Notes under the pieces: model-generated
Database searches by the model: none
What the model saw: only the letters and a program-made list of their open reading frames with translations
What the model was told of the DNA's origin: nothing
Translations under genes and position numbers: made by a program
NCBI RefSeq assembly: GCF_000142905.1
Contig: NW_013657637.1
Span: 271,595-324,729, forward strand
Source: Thecamonas trahens ATCC 50062
Lineage: Eukaryota > Protista > Apusomonadida
Direction: 5' to 3'
DNA: 53,135 nucleotides
Part shown: positions 11,801 to 22,920 of the stretch, piece after piece
Layout: the number at the start of each line of letters is the position of its first letter
Position numbering within the stretch: the first letter of the stretch is position 1

Positions 11801-14800
11801 AGTTTGCCAACCTCGAATTTGAGAGCCGCGAGTATCTGGTCTCCAAGGTCACGCTCCCGTGCATGATTGTCCGGGCGCCGGATCGGAGCGGGACCCATTC
11901 GGACGCGCACTGCTTGCACTACGACGGCGCGCGCGCTGTGGTCAACGTCGATGTTGCCGGCTTCACCGCTGCCATGCGCGCTGCAGGCATCATCCACGCC
12001 GCGTACATGGTGCTGCGGATGCGGGCACTGCTTGGGCCTGTCTTTACCGCCCACGGCGCTGAACTTGTCCTCACTGAGGCCGACAATCTGGTGGCGGTCT
12101 TTGCCAGCGCCGACAACGCCGTTGCTGCCGCGTGCGAGGCCCACTACGTGATGAAGACGTACAACACATGGGCAAGCTCTGAGCTCGCCCCCACTTTGCC
12201 GTCCCGCTCTCGGGCATCGGTGTGGCATGGGGAACGGGCGTGGTCCAGGACAAGGTCACTTCGTCGCTCTACGGCGAGCCAGTTGACGAGGCTCACCATC
12301 TTGCGGACGAAGTTGCGACCGAAGCGCAAGTGCTCCTCACCAACAGTACCCGTGCTGCGCTCCGCTCATCAAGCCTGGCTTTGCGGCTGGCCCCGCTCCG
12401 CGCTTCGCGGGCCGAGCCTGCATCGATGTGGCCATTTGAGTATGTGGTTGTCGACGAGGCGACATGTTCGTCCACGCCGCGCAAGTCGCGCATGAGCAAT
12501 GTCGCCGCAAGCGCGCTCAACGAGGCCTCGACCGAGGCCGAGCTTGCAGAGCACGCCGGCGGTGCCGATGGGAGTGAGGCGAGCACGTTTATGAATCTGA
12601 TGCTGCAACTGCGCGGCGGCGCGGGCGCAGCGACCGACACTGTCGACGTGCTCGTCTCGCACAAGTTTGTGACCGAGGCGGCGGTGGTGTACGTGGCTCT
12701 CGACATGGCAGCGGTGACACGCAAGTATGGCTCTGTCAAGGCCATTGCAGTTGTCCACAACGCGGTGGCGATGGTGGCACAGGCAGTGGCCGAGCAGAGC
12801 GGCGTCTCTGTTCTCGAGCCGTTTGTGCTTGCGTTTGAGAACAAGGCGCATGGGGTCTCTGCTGCCATCGCCATTCTGCGGGCCATCGAGCGGTACAACA
12901 CAGAGTCGGTCTCGTCGGAGAACCGCATTCCGCTGCTAGCGGTCGGGTCGCCGCCGGCGAGCTGCTTGTGGTCGATGGAACCGACATCCACTGGGGCGAG
13001 GCGCTCAACACGGCGGCCAAGCTCGCGCACGTCATGGCGGCATCGCGGGAGCTGCTGGTGACCGAGGAAGTGGCCAAGGCGACGCGGAGCGACCCTGCAT
13101 TTGCTGCGCTTCGCTACGAGCCGCGCGAAGCGGTGGCCTCGGGGCTGGCCTTTAAGGCGTTTGCGGTCGAGTGGGCGTTTTTCGCGCGCGAGCTGCCGAG
13201 CTCGCCGGGCTCGCGCTCGGACGGGGTCCACTTCCGCGAGCTCTCGGGCACTCACGCGGTGGTGGTCTCGGACATGTCCGGCTTTACGCGGATTACCCGG
13301 GCCAAGGGCATTGTCCACTTTGCGTCGCTCATCTACCGCATGCGCGAGATCATCCGCGCAGCGTACGAGGCTGCGGGCGCGGTGGCGTTCCACACCGAGG
13401 CTGACAACACCTTTGGCGTATTTGAGAGCGCGGCGGCGGCGCTTGAAGGCGCGCTGCAAGCAAAGTCCGGGCTGCGGGCGTACAATGAGAGCGTGGTTGA
13501 TCCAGACCTTGCCATCGCGTTCTCTGGCTTTGGCGTCGACGTCGGCGAGGACCTCATCCGCGACACCGGCTCGCTCCGACTGTTTGGATCTGCAGCCGAG
13601 CGCGCGTTTGTGCTTGCCGAGGACACCGCCGACGGTGGGGCGGTCCTGGTCTCGGGTGCAGTTGCAGCACGTGTCCGTGGAACAGCTGCGTTCAAGCACG
13701 CCAAGTTTGTGCGGCAGACGTCAGATGAGCTCGACTTTGTGTTTTACGAGGTGATCGGCGGCGAGAGCCAAGCGACGGGCAGCTTGCCCCTCACCGGCGA
13801 GTATGCGCCGGCGCGCGAGGAGCATGTTCACGGCTCGCCGGCTGCGGTTTTCCGGACGGCCGTGCTCTCGTCGCCGCGGGCGCTGGACGTGGCTGCGTCG
13901 TTCCTCCGCCCGCACGCGGTCGTCCTCCTCGTCGGGCTCGAGTGGCGAAGTTTGACCGAGGCAGCCGGACCGCGCAAGGCTATTTTGGTGGCACACGAGG
14001 TGGCGGGCGTCGTCGCCGATGTTCTCAGCCAGCTCGGCGGGACCATGCTCGAGGAGTTTATCTATGCATTTGATTCGCCCGAGGCTGCCATTTCCGGCGC
14101 GCTCCAGCTCCGCAAGCTCTTTCGCGAGCGGACGGCCAAGCACGCCGAGGCCGAAGACGTGCCGCTCCTCGGGTTTGGCGTACACTCTGGCGAGATGCTC
14201 ATTGTGCCCGGGACCAACGTTCACTGGGGCGACCCGCTCAACACGGCGTCCAAGCTTGCTGAAGACATTGCGCGCGAGGGCCAGCTGTATGTGACGCAGC
14301 CGGTTTGGCACCGGCTCTCGGGCGAGTTCCGCCGCAGCCTGCGGGCCGGAACCGAGAGCCACACCGTGTCCAAGGTCGCGCTCCAGGTCATGCGAGTGGA
14401 CAATCCGGGACCGGTGTCTGGCGTCGCGGTGTCTGGCACTGTCCGCAGCGCACCGGCCGTGGGAGTCGTCGAAGACGCGCACACTCGACGGTACACCTCT
14501 GAGGTGGCGGTACTTGTTTCGGACATGTCGGGCATGTCGCGAACGACGGCCAAGTACGGAATCATTCACTTTGCGTACCTAATCCTCAAGATGCGCGACC
14601 TGCTCAGCGGGGTATGGGAGCACTACGGCGCCGTGTCTGTGGCGACTGAGGCCGACGACTTTATTGTGGTCTTCCCGTCGCTCGACGCGGCGCTGACCGC
14701 GGCGCTGGAGGCTTTCCACATCCTCGATGCGTACCACGCGGCGCTGCCTGCGGAGCGGCTGCAGGCCGAGCGGATCAACGTGTCCGGCTTTGGCATTGCT

Positions 14801-17800
14801 GTCGGCGATGATGTGGTGGCGGACGCAGTGACCGGGCGACTGTTTGGGTCCACATTCAACGAGGCCTTCCTCCTTGGCGAGGAGCTGACCGACGGTGGGC
14901 AGGTCCTACTGAGCACAGCTGCGGCGCGGCGGGTGATGTCGGACCCGCAATGGGCGTGCGTGGCGTGCGAGCCGCGGATGGATGTGGAGACGTCGACGAC
15001 ATTTGCGGTGGTTACTGGCAAGCTGCCTGCGTATGAGTGCAGTCTTGCGCAGATGAGCGTGCCCACCATTCCGTGGGGTGTGCACACGCCAGGCGGTGAG
15101 TTCTACACCGACATGCTTGTCAAGCGGCCGACGCTGGCCGGACGGGACCAGGCCGCGCTCGACGACGCTATCAAGGCGCGGTTCTTCTCCACCAAGTATG
15201 TGGTCATGCTCGGCTTTGACTTTTCGGCCAAGGAAGCGGCCGACTCGATTGATGCCGCGGTGGCGTCGATGCACACAGCTGTAGCCGAGACGCACCCGCG
15301 GGCTGCGGCGCATGGCGGCGTGGCGATTGAGGAGTTTATCTTTGCCTTTGACAGCGGCTCGGCGGCGTTTGCGGCGGCAAGTGACATGAAGGCGGCGCTG
15401 GTGGCGTGCGGCTTTGACGCTGTGCCATTTACTGGCATTGCGCTGCATGCCGGTGACATGCTCATTGTGCCCGAGACCAACGTCCACTGGGGCTCGCCGC
15501 TCAATACAGCGTCCAAGCTCTCCGAGGACGTGGCGAGTGCTGGTGAGTTCTTTGTCTCGCGCGTGGTCATGGACGAGCTCCGCAGGAACAGGCTGGTCCG
15601 GGATGTGGAGACTGTGGACCGTGTTTTTACCGTGTCCAAGATGGACTTTGAGTGTGTCGAGATATTGGGTACAAAGGGCGGCATTGCGAGCGCTAGCGCG
15701 AGCGAGAGCCCGGCACTGACCGCGGGCGACACCTCGATTATTTCGGTCGATTTGAACGGCAGCGACGACTTTGGCGTGAGTGCACTCGACACGAGCCAGG
15801 TCCTCGTGGTTGTGGGCATGCCATCCCTGGCACGCACGCTCCGGCGCGAGGGGCTCGAGGCACTGGCGTCGGCGGTGGTGCGGATGCAGCAACTTGTGGG
15901 CGGATGCATTGCGGCCGGTGGCGGCGAGGCATTTGGGCGCGGTGACGAGATTGTGGGCGTGTTTGACGACGCGCTGGTGGCGCTGCAGGTGGCAACCAAG
16001 ATTCACGAGGTGGTGCGCGAGTTCAACGCTGCAGCCGGCGCTGCGCGACTGTCGGCCATCGGGGTGGCGGTCGTGCCTGCAAGCACGACGCTTGTGGTCG
16101 CGTCGGTCGGCGGCGTGTACGGGCAAGACGTGGAGCTCGGGCGCGATCTTGTGCTTGAAGGCGCGGGGACCAAGACGGTGGTGGGGCGCGCGCTTGTGGC
16201 GAGCCTCTCTGAGCGGGCTTCGGGCGTCTCGTTTATTTCCGGCACGTCCGAAGGCGCGCACGTGCGCGAGTATGCGATGGTGTCTGGCGCTGTTGCCATC
16301 GACGGGCCGCTGGCGGAAGCGAGTGCAGCAAGGCTGTGCGCGAGCGTCGACGGGGCGCTGGGAGAGCTCGGCGCGGCGGCGCTGTCGGCCAACAACGGCG
16401 GCGCGCTGCGGGCGGGCTACATCGCGAGCCTGGCACTCGTTCGATTTGTCTTTGACTTTGGCGTCAAGCACGCGGATGGGCTTGCACAGCTTGCGCTCTC
16501 GATTGTGAGCGGGCTCGTACCGAGTGACGCGGTCGACTTTGGCGGACTGGTGTATGGCGTTTCGAACGTGGCGGACGGGCTCGAGTTTGCGCTCAACGTC
16601 CGCGACGCACTGGTGGAGTTTGGCGCGTCGGCGACGGGAGCGGCGACCCGCGAGCTGCCGTTTGTGGGCGGAGTGGTCAAGGCCGGGGAGGTTGTTCGCG
16701 ATGCAAGTGTGGGTGTGGTGTGGGGCGGGCCGGTGCTTGAGCTCAACCAGGCGTCGCACATGCTGCGTCCGGGTCAGGTTGTTGTCCTCTCGGCGTCGGA
16801 GGCGGATCTGGGCGACGACACACGGTTTGCCGGCCTAACGTTTGACAAGGCTGTGTTTGGCCGGTCGGTGACCGGGCTTGGGCAGCTGGCTGGTGTGCGG
16901 GTGTCGGGCGAGCGGAGTGCTCGGTCGGCGCCGGCGGTTGTGGTCGCTGGAAGCGAGAGCCTGCCACCGCGGACACCGCGTGGGCGTTCCGGCTCTGTCG
17001 ACTTTGATCTGGCTGTTCCTAGCTCGCCGAGCTTTGAGGCGCGCGGCTTCGACCTGCCGGACGTGGCCGAGGAGGCCGGCGCAAGCTCGAGCGCGAGCCT
17101 GATTGTGGTGCTTGCCGAAGTCCAGGTCAAGTCTTCGGGGAGCTCTGCGAGCGAGCTTGTGGCTGCTGGGTCGAGCGCTGTGCGATGGCGGTCTCTGGTC
17201 GATAGTGTGGCCGAAGTGCACGGCGTGACCAGCCTCAGCGTGCTGAGTGATGCGAGCGGGGTTCAGGGCCTCTGCGTCGGTGTTGTGTTTGGCAGCGATG
17301 AGAGTGCGTCTGCGCTCCAGTTTGCCGGCGAGCTTGTGGTTGTGCTGCAAGCGTTCAACGCGTCTGTTGACGACCCGGAGCTTGCGCTGCGGCTGGGAAC
17401 GGTGATGGTCCATGCTGGGCCGGGCGTGATTGTTGTGCCGGGCCTCGGCGCGGTGACCGGGCACGGGCTCGACGCCGGTTTGGCGGCGATGCGGAGACAG
17501 CCCCCGGCTGTGGCGCTTGCGGTGTCTGGCAGGCTAGCACCCAGCGGCTGCGGCTGGGCCCAGGTTGAGCGTGCGAGCGGGGTGGTGAACGGCCTGCCGG
17601 CTGGCGACGAGCTGCGCGTGGCGGTTGCAGAAGTCATCGGCAACGCATCCGGCGCCGAGGAGTCGTTCCAGGAGATGGCACTTGAGCGGTACAAGGCTGG
17701 CAAGGCGCACCGGAAGCGACTGGACCGGGTGCTTGCGCGGTTTGTGACAGCTCGTGCGGTGATTCATCTTGGGCTTTCGGTGATGGAGGGTGCGCCGGGC

Positions 17801-19324
17801 GGTGCGGCAGCGGCGCTCGAGGCCGCACACGCGGAGATGGAGGCGCTGACTGGCGCGCACGGTGGAAGTGCCAAGGCGCCGTTTACTGTGGCGTTCCACG
17901 AGACGGCCGGAGTTGGGGCAGCGCTGGCGCGGATTGTGGGCGCGCTCAACTCGGGCACGATGCTCTCGGGCGTTTCGGGCGTGTTGGTCAACGGCGTGGG
18001 CGTGGCGTTCTCGCCGATGGTCATCGACGCGGCGTCGCAGCTGTGTCTGGGGCCTGCGGCTGCGGCCGCGGCGGCCGGAGGCCGGTCGGGTAAGCTTGTT
18101 GTGTATGTTGGTGCCGAGGGCGTGACGCATGGCGTGGCGGCTGCCATGCCTGCCGAGCTTGGCCTGGAGCCCGTGGACGATGGCGAGTGCGAGTGGCGGT
18201 CGAGCGTGGTGCGGCTCGCGAGGCCGGCGGCCGGCGGCGGGAGTAGCAGCAAAGCAGCTTCTGTGCCTGGGCGCGCAAGCGGTGGCGAGTGCATTGTGTG
18301 GATCGACGTCGATGTGGGCGGCAAGGCCAGCGCCAGTGCGGGAGCGGTGACGCTTGCTGGTGCGCAGCGAGCGTTTTCTGATGCGCTGCTTGCATCTGGC
18401 GCAAGCGCGGTGACGACGGTGGGCGAAGCCGTTGTGGGCGTGCTACCTAGTGCGAGTGCAGCGCTCCGCGGCGGGTTCGAGGTCCTTCATGCCGCACGCG
18501 AGGTGACAGGCGGCGGGGCCGGCGTGCGCAAGATCGGAGTGGGCGTGGCCGGCGCCCATGGCGAGGTGCACGTAGCCGAGGGCATGGTGTTTGCACCGGG
18601 AGTGACGACGGCGGCGACGCTCGCCAAGGCTGTGCTCGGGCGAAGCGGCGAGGTGGGCGCTGAGAGCCGGGTGGCGAGCGCCGGACTCCGGGCGCATCCT
18701 GGACTCAGTGCATCGTCCAAAGTCTCGCAGTCGCGCGGTACAGCGTATGCGGTGGTTCGTGGCGAGCTCGGCTCGTATGCCGGAGTGGCTATTAGCCGGC
18801 CGGAGTCAAGCACTGTGCACGAGACGGCGTGCGTGAGCGTGGCGTTTGGCATCGACTACGGGTACGTGACTGCGCAGCTGGGCGGGCCCGTGGCGGCGGC
18901 AGCGTGCGCGCGGCGGGTGACGGCCATGATTGCCGGCGCCGCCGGTGAGGCCGGGCGAGTTGTGGGCGTCGACGCTGCGGTGTTTACAGGCCAGGTGGAG
19001 CATGTGGCGGCGATGGCAGTGGCGGCTGCGCGCAAGGTCCGCGACGGCATCCGGGCACACAACGCGCAGGCGAGCGCGGATGGCGGTGCGATCATCCCGC
19101 TGCGGTCTGTGGCGGTATTCGACGGCAACGTGGCATGGGAGCCGAGTGTGTGGGGCCCAGGGCTTCGCGACGCGCGAACGCTCGCGCACTCGTACCTGTT
19201 CGAAGGTGGGCGGGTGTTTGCGACCGAGGCCGTCAGCGCAGCAGCCGGCAGCGCTGCCCAAGCGGATGTGGACGTCGAGTATCTGGGACTGAGGGAAGTC
19301 CAGATGTGCGAAGTGGCTCGGTAA
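2894..19324 (+). CDS. Giant (~5,480 aa) protein: actin-fragmin-kinase-like domain plus ~11 tandem pairs of class III nucleotidyl cyclase domains; three apparent 1-nt assembly deletions
   Basis: ORFs 2558-11866, 11695-12495, 12222-13061 and 12968-19324 join through single-base deletions at ~11698, ~12190 and ~12946. Repeated D(M/V)(S/A)G(F/M)...TEAD(N/D) domains alternate with HWG(D/S/E)(P/A)LNTA(S/A)KL domains. The N-terminal region has DIGRMLIADLLLNNYGRL...GNAKNVLF...ALDQ. Start codon uncertain (2894 is a plausible ATG just downstream of the C-rich upstream tract). Confidence 0.85.
4868..4950 (+). repeat. Short coding tandem repeat SRKAKAK/SRKAK within the basic linker of the giant protein
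   Basis: TCGCGCAAGGCCAAGGCCAAG repeated twice, followed by shorter degenerate copies. Confidence 0.8.
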
Positions 19325-19381
19325 ACGCCCAGCCTGGCTATCATAGTGAGGGGACAGTTGATGTGTTTACGGCAGGCGAGG

Positions 19382-21631
19382 TCAGTGCGAGTCTGAAATG
19401 ACGCGACCCGAGGGCGACTTGACGCGGATGCGGCCGGACGGGTAGCGGGTCTCCTGGCGGCCGTCTGGGAAGACGGTGCGGACGACACCGTCTGCGCACG
19501 TTCTCCGCTTTGTGCCGTCCTTCTCGTGGACCTCGCGGTCGCCTGAGGGGAAGGAGATGGTGCGGACGCCGTCTGCGGCGACGCGCTGGGTGGTGCCGTC
19601 CGGGAAGCGAGTCACCTCCTCGCCCGAGGGCATGACGGTCTTTGTGGTGGAGTCCTGGAAGATGATCTCCTTCTTGCCCGAGGGGTAGTGCTTCTCGACT
19701 TGGCCAGTAGTACCAAACTCAAAGACCTCCAGGCCGTCGTCGTACGAGGTGTGGCGGGTCTTGGCCTGGGCGTAGTAGTAGACCTCGCGCTTGTCGGGTG
19801 CTGGGAACGACTCGCGGATGTCACCGTTGCCAAAGAGGACGACGACGTGGTCGCCGCGAATCTGCTTCTGGGTGCCGTTGGGGAAGCGGACGCGGCGCCA
19901 GCCCGAGGCAAACACCTCCTCGACCTTGCCGTTGTCGTGCTGGATGACCTCAACGGGGCGCTCATCGTCGTCGGCGTCGGGTGGTGGTGGATGGGCAGCG
20001 GGTGAGGCCTGGTGCGCCGGCTTGGTTGTGGCCTCGAGCGCACGGTCGATGTCGTCGCCAGACTCTGAGAAAAAGTAGGGCGAGGAGGAGGAGGCCGAGG
20101 TTGGTGAGGGCGAGGGTGAGGGGGAGGTGTGGGCGGGCTTGGCGCTGGCGCCGGCCGCAGCCTGTGGCGGGGTATAGTAAAAGCGCTGGACCTGATCCTG
20201 GAAGCGGACCGAGCGGGCGTCGTGTGGGTCGTCGGCGAGCGGCGACGAGCGCGAGGGGGGGTGGGTGGCCGAGGAGGCGGTCGAGCGGCGGAGGCGGGCC
20301 TCGAGCTCGCGGACCTTGGCGTGAAGGTCAGCGATGAGGTCGTCTTTGGCGTCGAGCTCGCGAACTTTTTCTGCGATCTCGTCGTCCTTGGTGTTGAGCT
20401 CGCGCGAGTAGCGTGTTGCCTTTGTGCGGAGGACCTCCAGCTCGCGATCTGTCGACGCCGACTGTGACTTGATGGCGTCGAGCTGATCCCAGGCGTCGAG
20501 GCGCTCGTCGGAGATGACTTGGACCTGGTGAGCGAGGTCAGCGACGCGAGCCTCCGACGACTCCAGCTTGGACTTTGTGCGCTCTAGGGCGGACTTGAGC
20601 TTGGCTTCGCGGTCGCGCGCGGCGGCGCGTGCATGGGCGAGGGCCTCGTTGAGCTCGTCAATCTCGCGGCGGTCGGCCTTGGACGGCATGGAGGCCAAGG
20701 AGCGGTGCATTTTCTCGAGGCGCTCGCGCTGGCGGGCCAAGTCCATCTTCTCGCGACGCTTGTAGTCCTCAAACTCGGCCTCGGCCTCGGCCTTTTGCTT
20801 CTCAAACTCGGTGACGTCCATGCGGAGGCGCTGGAGTGCGAGCTCCTTCTCGGAGCGGACGGCGCGGATCTTGCGGTTCTCCTCCTTGAAGTTTGCGATT
20901 TCGAGCTCGAGCAGCTCGAGCTTCTCACGGATCTCGGCCGACATGGGCTCGTCGGCGTCGTGCTGGTGCGGGTTTGGGTGCGGGTGCGCGCGCGGTGGCG
21001 GAGCAGCGGCGCCGAAACGGGCCTGGACCAGCGCGGAGCGCGGCGGCGAGGCCTCGGGTGATGAGTGGTTGTGCGGCGGATCGCGGGAGCGCGGCGGCGA
21101 GTGTGACGGCTGAGGCGGATACTCGGGCTCATTCCACTCCTCGTCGTCGTCAAAGAGTGCCGAGGCGCGGTCGTAGGCGTCGTCGTAGTGGGCTGCGGCG
21201 GCCGGTGGGTCGTAGTGGGCCGGTTGCCGAGGCGCCGACTGTAGCTGGCTCCGCTGCGCCATCTGGCGCTCCGACTCGGCCATGATGTCGGCTTCGAGGG
21301 CGGTAAACTCGTCCAACTCCTCCTTCTCGCGGCGGCGGGCCTCGGCCCATTCATCGTCGCCCATGTGCCCACCTTCGGGCACATCATCAAAGTACCGGCG
21401 GGCTTGGTTCTCCTCGGCAGCGGCGCTCGGGGCGTCGTCGGCAAAGTAGAGCTCGTTGTCGTCGGCGTACGGATCGTCGTACAAGCCGAGACCACTGCCT
21501 GGTGAAGCTGGCGGCTGGGTCCGTGGCTGAGGCGAGCGAGGCGGAGAGCGAGAGGCCTGTCTCCCGTTCTGGGGTGGCGACGACGGCGGTGAGGATCTCC
21601 TCTTCCGCCGCTTGCCCTTGGACGAGCCCAT
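19382..21631 (-). CDS. CENPJ: Centriolar protein SAS-4/CPAP (centromere protein J) with coiled coil and C-terminal TCP10/G-box domain
   Basis: Central coiled coil (LELEIANFKEEN...). C-terminal Gly-repeat beta-sheet domain: FPNGTQKQI...VLFGNGDIRE...EVYYYAQAKTRHTSYDDGLEVFEF...GQVEKHYPSGKKEIIFQD...QETRYPSGRIRVK. Confidence 0.9.
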   Translation of the reverse strand: MGSSKGKRRKRRSSPPSSPPQNGRQASRSPPRSPQPRTQPPASPGSGLGLYDDPYADDNELYFADDAPSAAAEENQARRYFDDVPEGGHMGDDEWAEARRREKEELDEFTALEADIMAESERQMAQRSQLQSAPRQPAHYDPPAAAAHYDDAYDRASALFDDDEEWNEPEYPPQPSHSPPRSRDPPHNHSSPEASPPRSALVQARFGAAAPPPRAHPHPNPHQHDADEPMSAEIREKLELLELEIANFKEENRKIRAVRSEKELALQRLRMDVTEFEKQKAEAEAEFEDYKRREKMDLARQRERLEKMHRSLASMPSKADRREIDELNEALAHARAAARDREAKLKSALERTKSKLESSEARVADLAHQVQVISDERLDAWDQLDAIKSQSASTDRELEVLRTKATRYSRELNTKDDEIAEKVRELDAKDDLIADLHAKVRELEARLRRSTASSATHPPSRSSPLADDPHDARSVRFQDQVQRFYYTPPQAAAGASAKPAHTSPSPSPSPTSASSSSPYFFSESGDDIDRALEATTKPAHQASPAAHPPPPDADDDERPVEVIQHDNGKVEEVFASGWRRVRFPNGTQKQIRGDHVVVLFGNGDIRESFPAPDKREVYYYAQAKTRHTSYDDGLEVFEFGTTGQVEKHYPSGKKEIIFQDSTTKTVMPSGEEVTRFPDGTTQRVAADGVRTISFPSGDREVHEKDGTKRRTCADGVVRTVFPDGRQETRYPSGRIRVKSPSGRVISDSH

Positions 21632-21761
21632 ACCCGCCGACAGCGGACGCGAGCCCTTTTTCAGAAACGGGCGCCGACCCTGTGCGTGCCCGGCGGCCTG
21701 TCCATCACCAGTAGCATCAGCACTGTTGCTGGCCGAGTGGGGACGGTCTTGGTCGCGAGGA

Positions 21762-21955
21762 TCGTGGGGATCGTGGGGATCGTGGGGATCGTGGTGTTGG
21801 TGGTAGTGGTGGTGGTGGTGTTGGTGGTGGTGGTCATCGTCGAGCTCATCGTAGCTGTGTGGTTGTCTGGGCGCATGTGGTCTGGTGGTGGTGTTGGTGG
21901 TGGTGTTGGTGTTGGTGTTGGTGTTGGTGTTGGTGTTGGTGTTGGTGTTGGTGGG
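21762..21955. repeat. Compound microsatellite (GGATCGTGG)n / (GGT)n / (GGTGTT)n
   Basis: Directly visible repeats upstream of CENPJ, close to the assembly gap. Confidence 0.9.
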
Positions 21956-22086
21956 AGCAGGCCCGGCACCTGCTGCTTCGGCCTTGCGCAGTTCCCTCTC
22001 CAGGAGCTCTTCGAACGTCAGCTGTGCTCCCGATGACTGAATGGGGATTTCGTCCTGTAGGGTGGTTGGGGAGGAGGGGGAGGAGG

Positions 22087-22620
22087 NNNNNNNNNNNNNN
22101 NNNNNNNNNNNNNNNNNNNNNNNNNNNNNNNNNNNNNNNNNNNNNNNNNNNNNNNNNNNNNNNNNNNNNNNNNNNNNNNNNNNNNNNNNNNNNNNNNNNN
22201 NNNNNNNNNNNNNNNNNNNNNNNNNNNNNNNNNNNNNNNNNNNNNNNNNNNNNNNNNNNNNNNNNNNNNNNNNNNNNNNNNNNNNNNNNNNNNNNNNNNN
22301 NNNNNNNNNNNNNNNNNNNNNNNNNNNNNNNNNNNNNNNNNNNNNNNNNNNNNNNNNNNNNNNNNNNNNNNNNNNNNNNNNNNNNNNNNNNNNNNNNNNN
22401 NNNNNNNNNNNNNNNNNNNNNNNNNNNNNNNNNNNNNNNNNNNNNNNNNNNNNNNNNNNNNNNNNNNNNNNNNNNNNNNNNNNNNNNNNNNNNNNNNNNN
22501 NNNNNNNNNNNNNNNNNNNNNNNNNNNNNNNNNNNNNNNNNNNNNNNNNNNNNNNNNNNNNNNNNNNNNNNNNNNNNNNNNNNNNNNNNNNNNNNNNNNN
22601 NNNNNNNNNNNNNNNNNNNN
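22087..22620. other. Assembly gap (534 N)
   Basis: Run of N flanked by G-rich low-complexity DNA. Confidence 1.
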
Positions 22621-22689
22621 GATGTGCCGACGCTAAAATTCATACTGGCTCATGATGTAGGACGCCTTGTCCGACTTAGACTGAGGAGA

Positions 22690-22820
22690 CGTGTGGGTGT
22701 GGGTGTGGGTGTGGGTGGTGGTGTGGTGGTGGTGTGGTGGGTGGTCAAGTGGGTGGTGTGGGTGGTGTGGGTGGTGGGTGGTGGGTGGTGTGGGGGGTTG
22801 GTTGGTGAGTGGTGTGGCGG
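22690..22820. repeat. G/T-rich low-complexity repeat (GTGGGT)n/(GGT)n
   Basis: Directly visible. Confidence 0.85.
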
Positions 22821-22920
22821 TGGCTGGCTGGGAGAGGAGAAAGGGAGAAAGAAGGGTGGTGCGAGTGGTGGGAATTTGGGGGTTGGTCGAGCGTGCGCGC
22901 GGAGAAGGGGGGGAGGGGGT

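Noticed and set aside
11690-12970. Programmed ribosomal frameshifting, or four separate genes, in the cyclase array
   Set aside because: No slippery heptamers are present. The breaks fall mid-motif in G/C runs, and the same defect occurs in ACC, so sequencing error is more parsimonious.
3080-18852. Numerous overlapping alternative-frame and antisense ORFs of 100-600 aa within the giant gene (and similarly within ACC)
   Set aside because: Expected in very high-GC coding DNA where stop codons are rare; the translations are Arg/Ser/Pro-rich with no domains.
21880-22820. Interstitial telomeric repeat
   Set aside because: The units are GGTGTT/GTGGGT and heterogeneous, not TTAGGG-type arrays.
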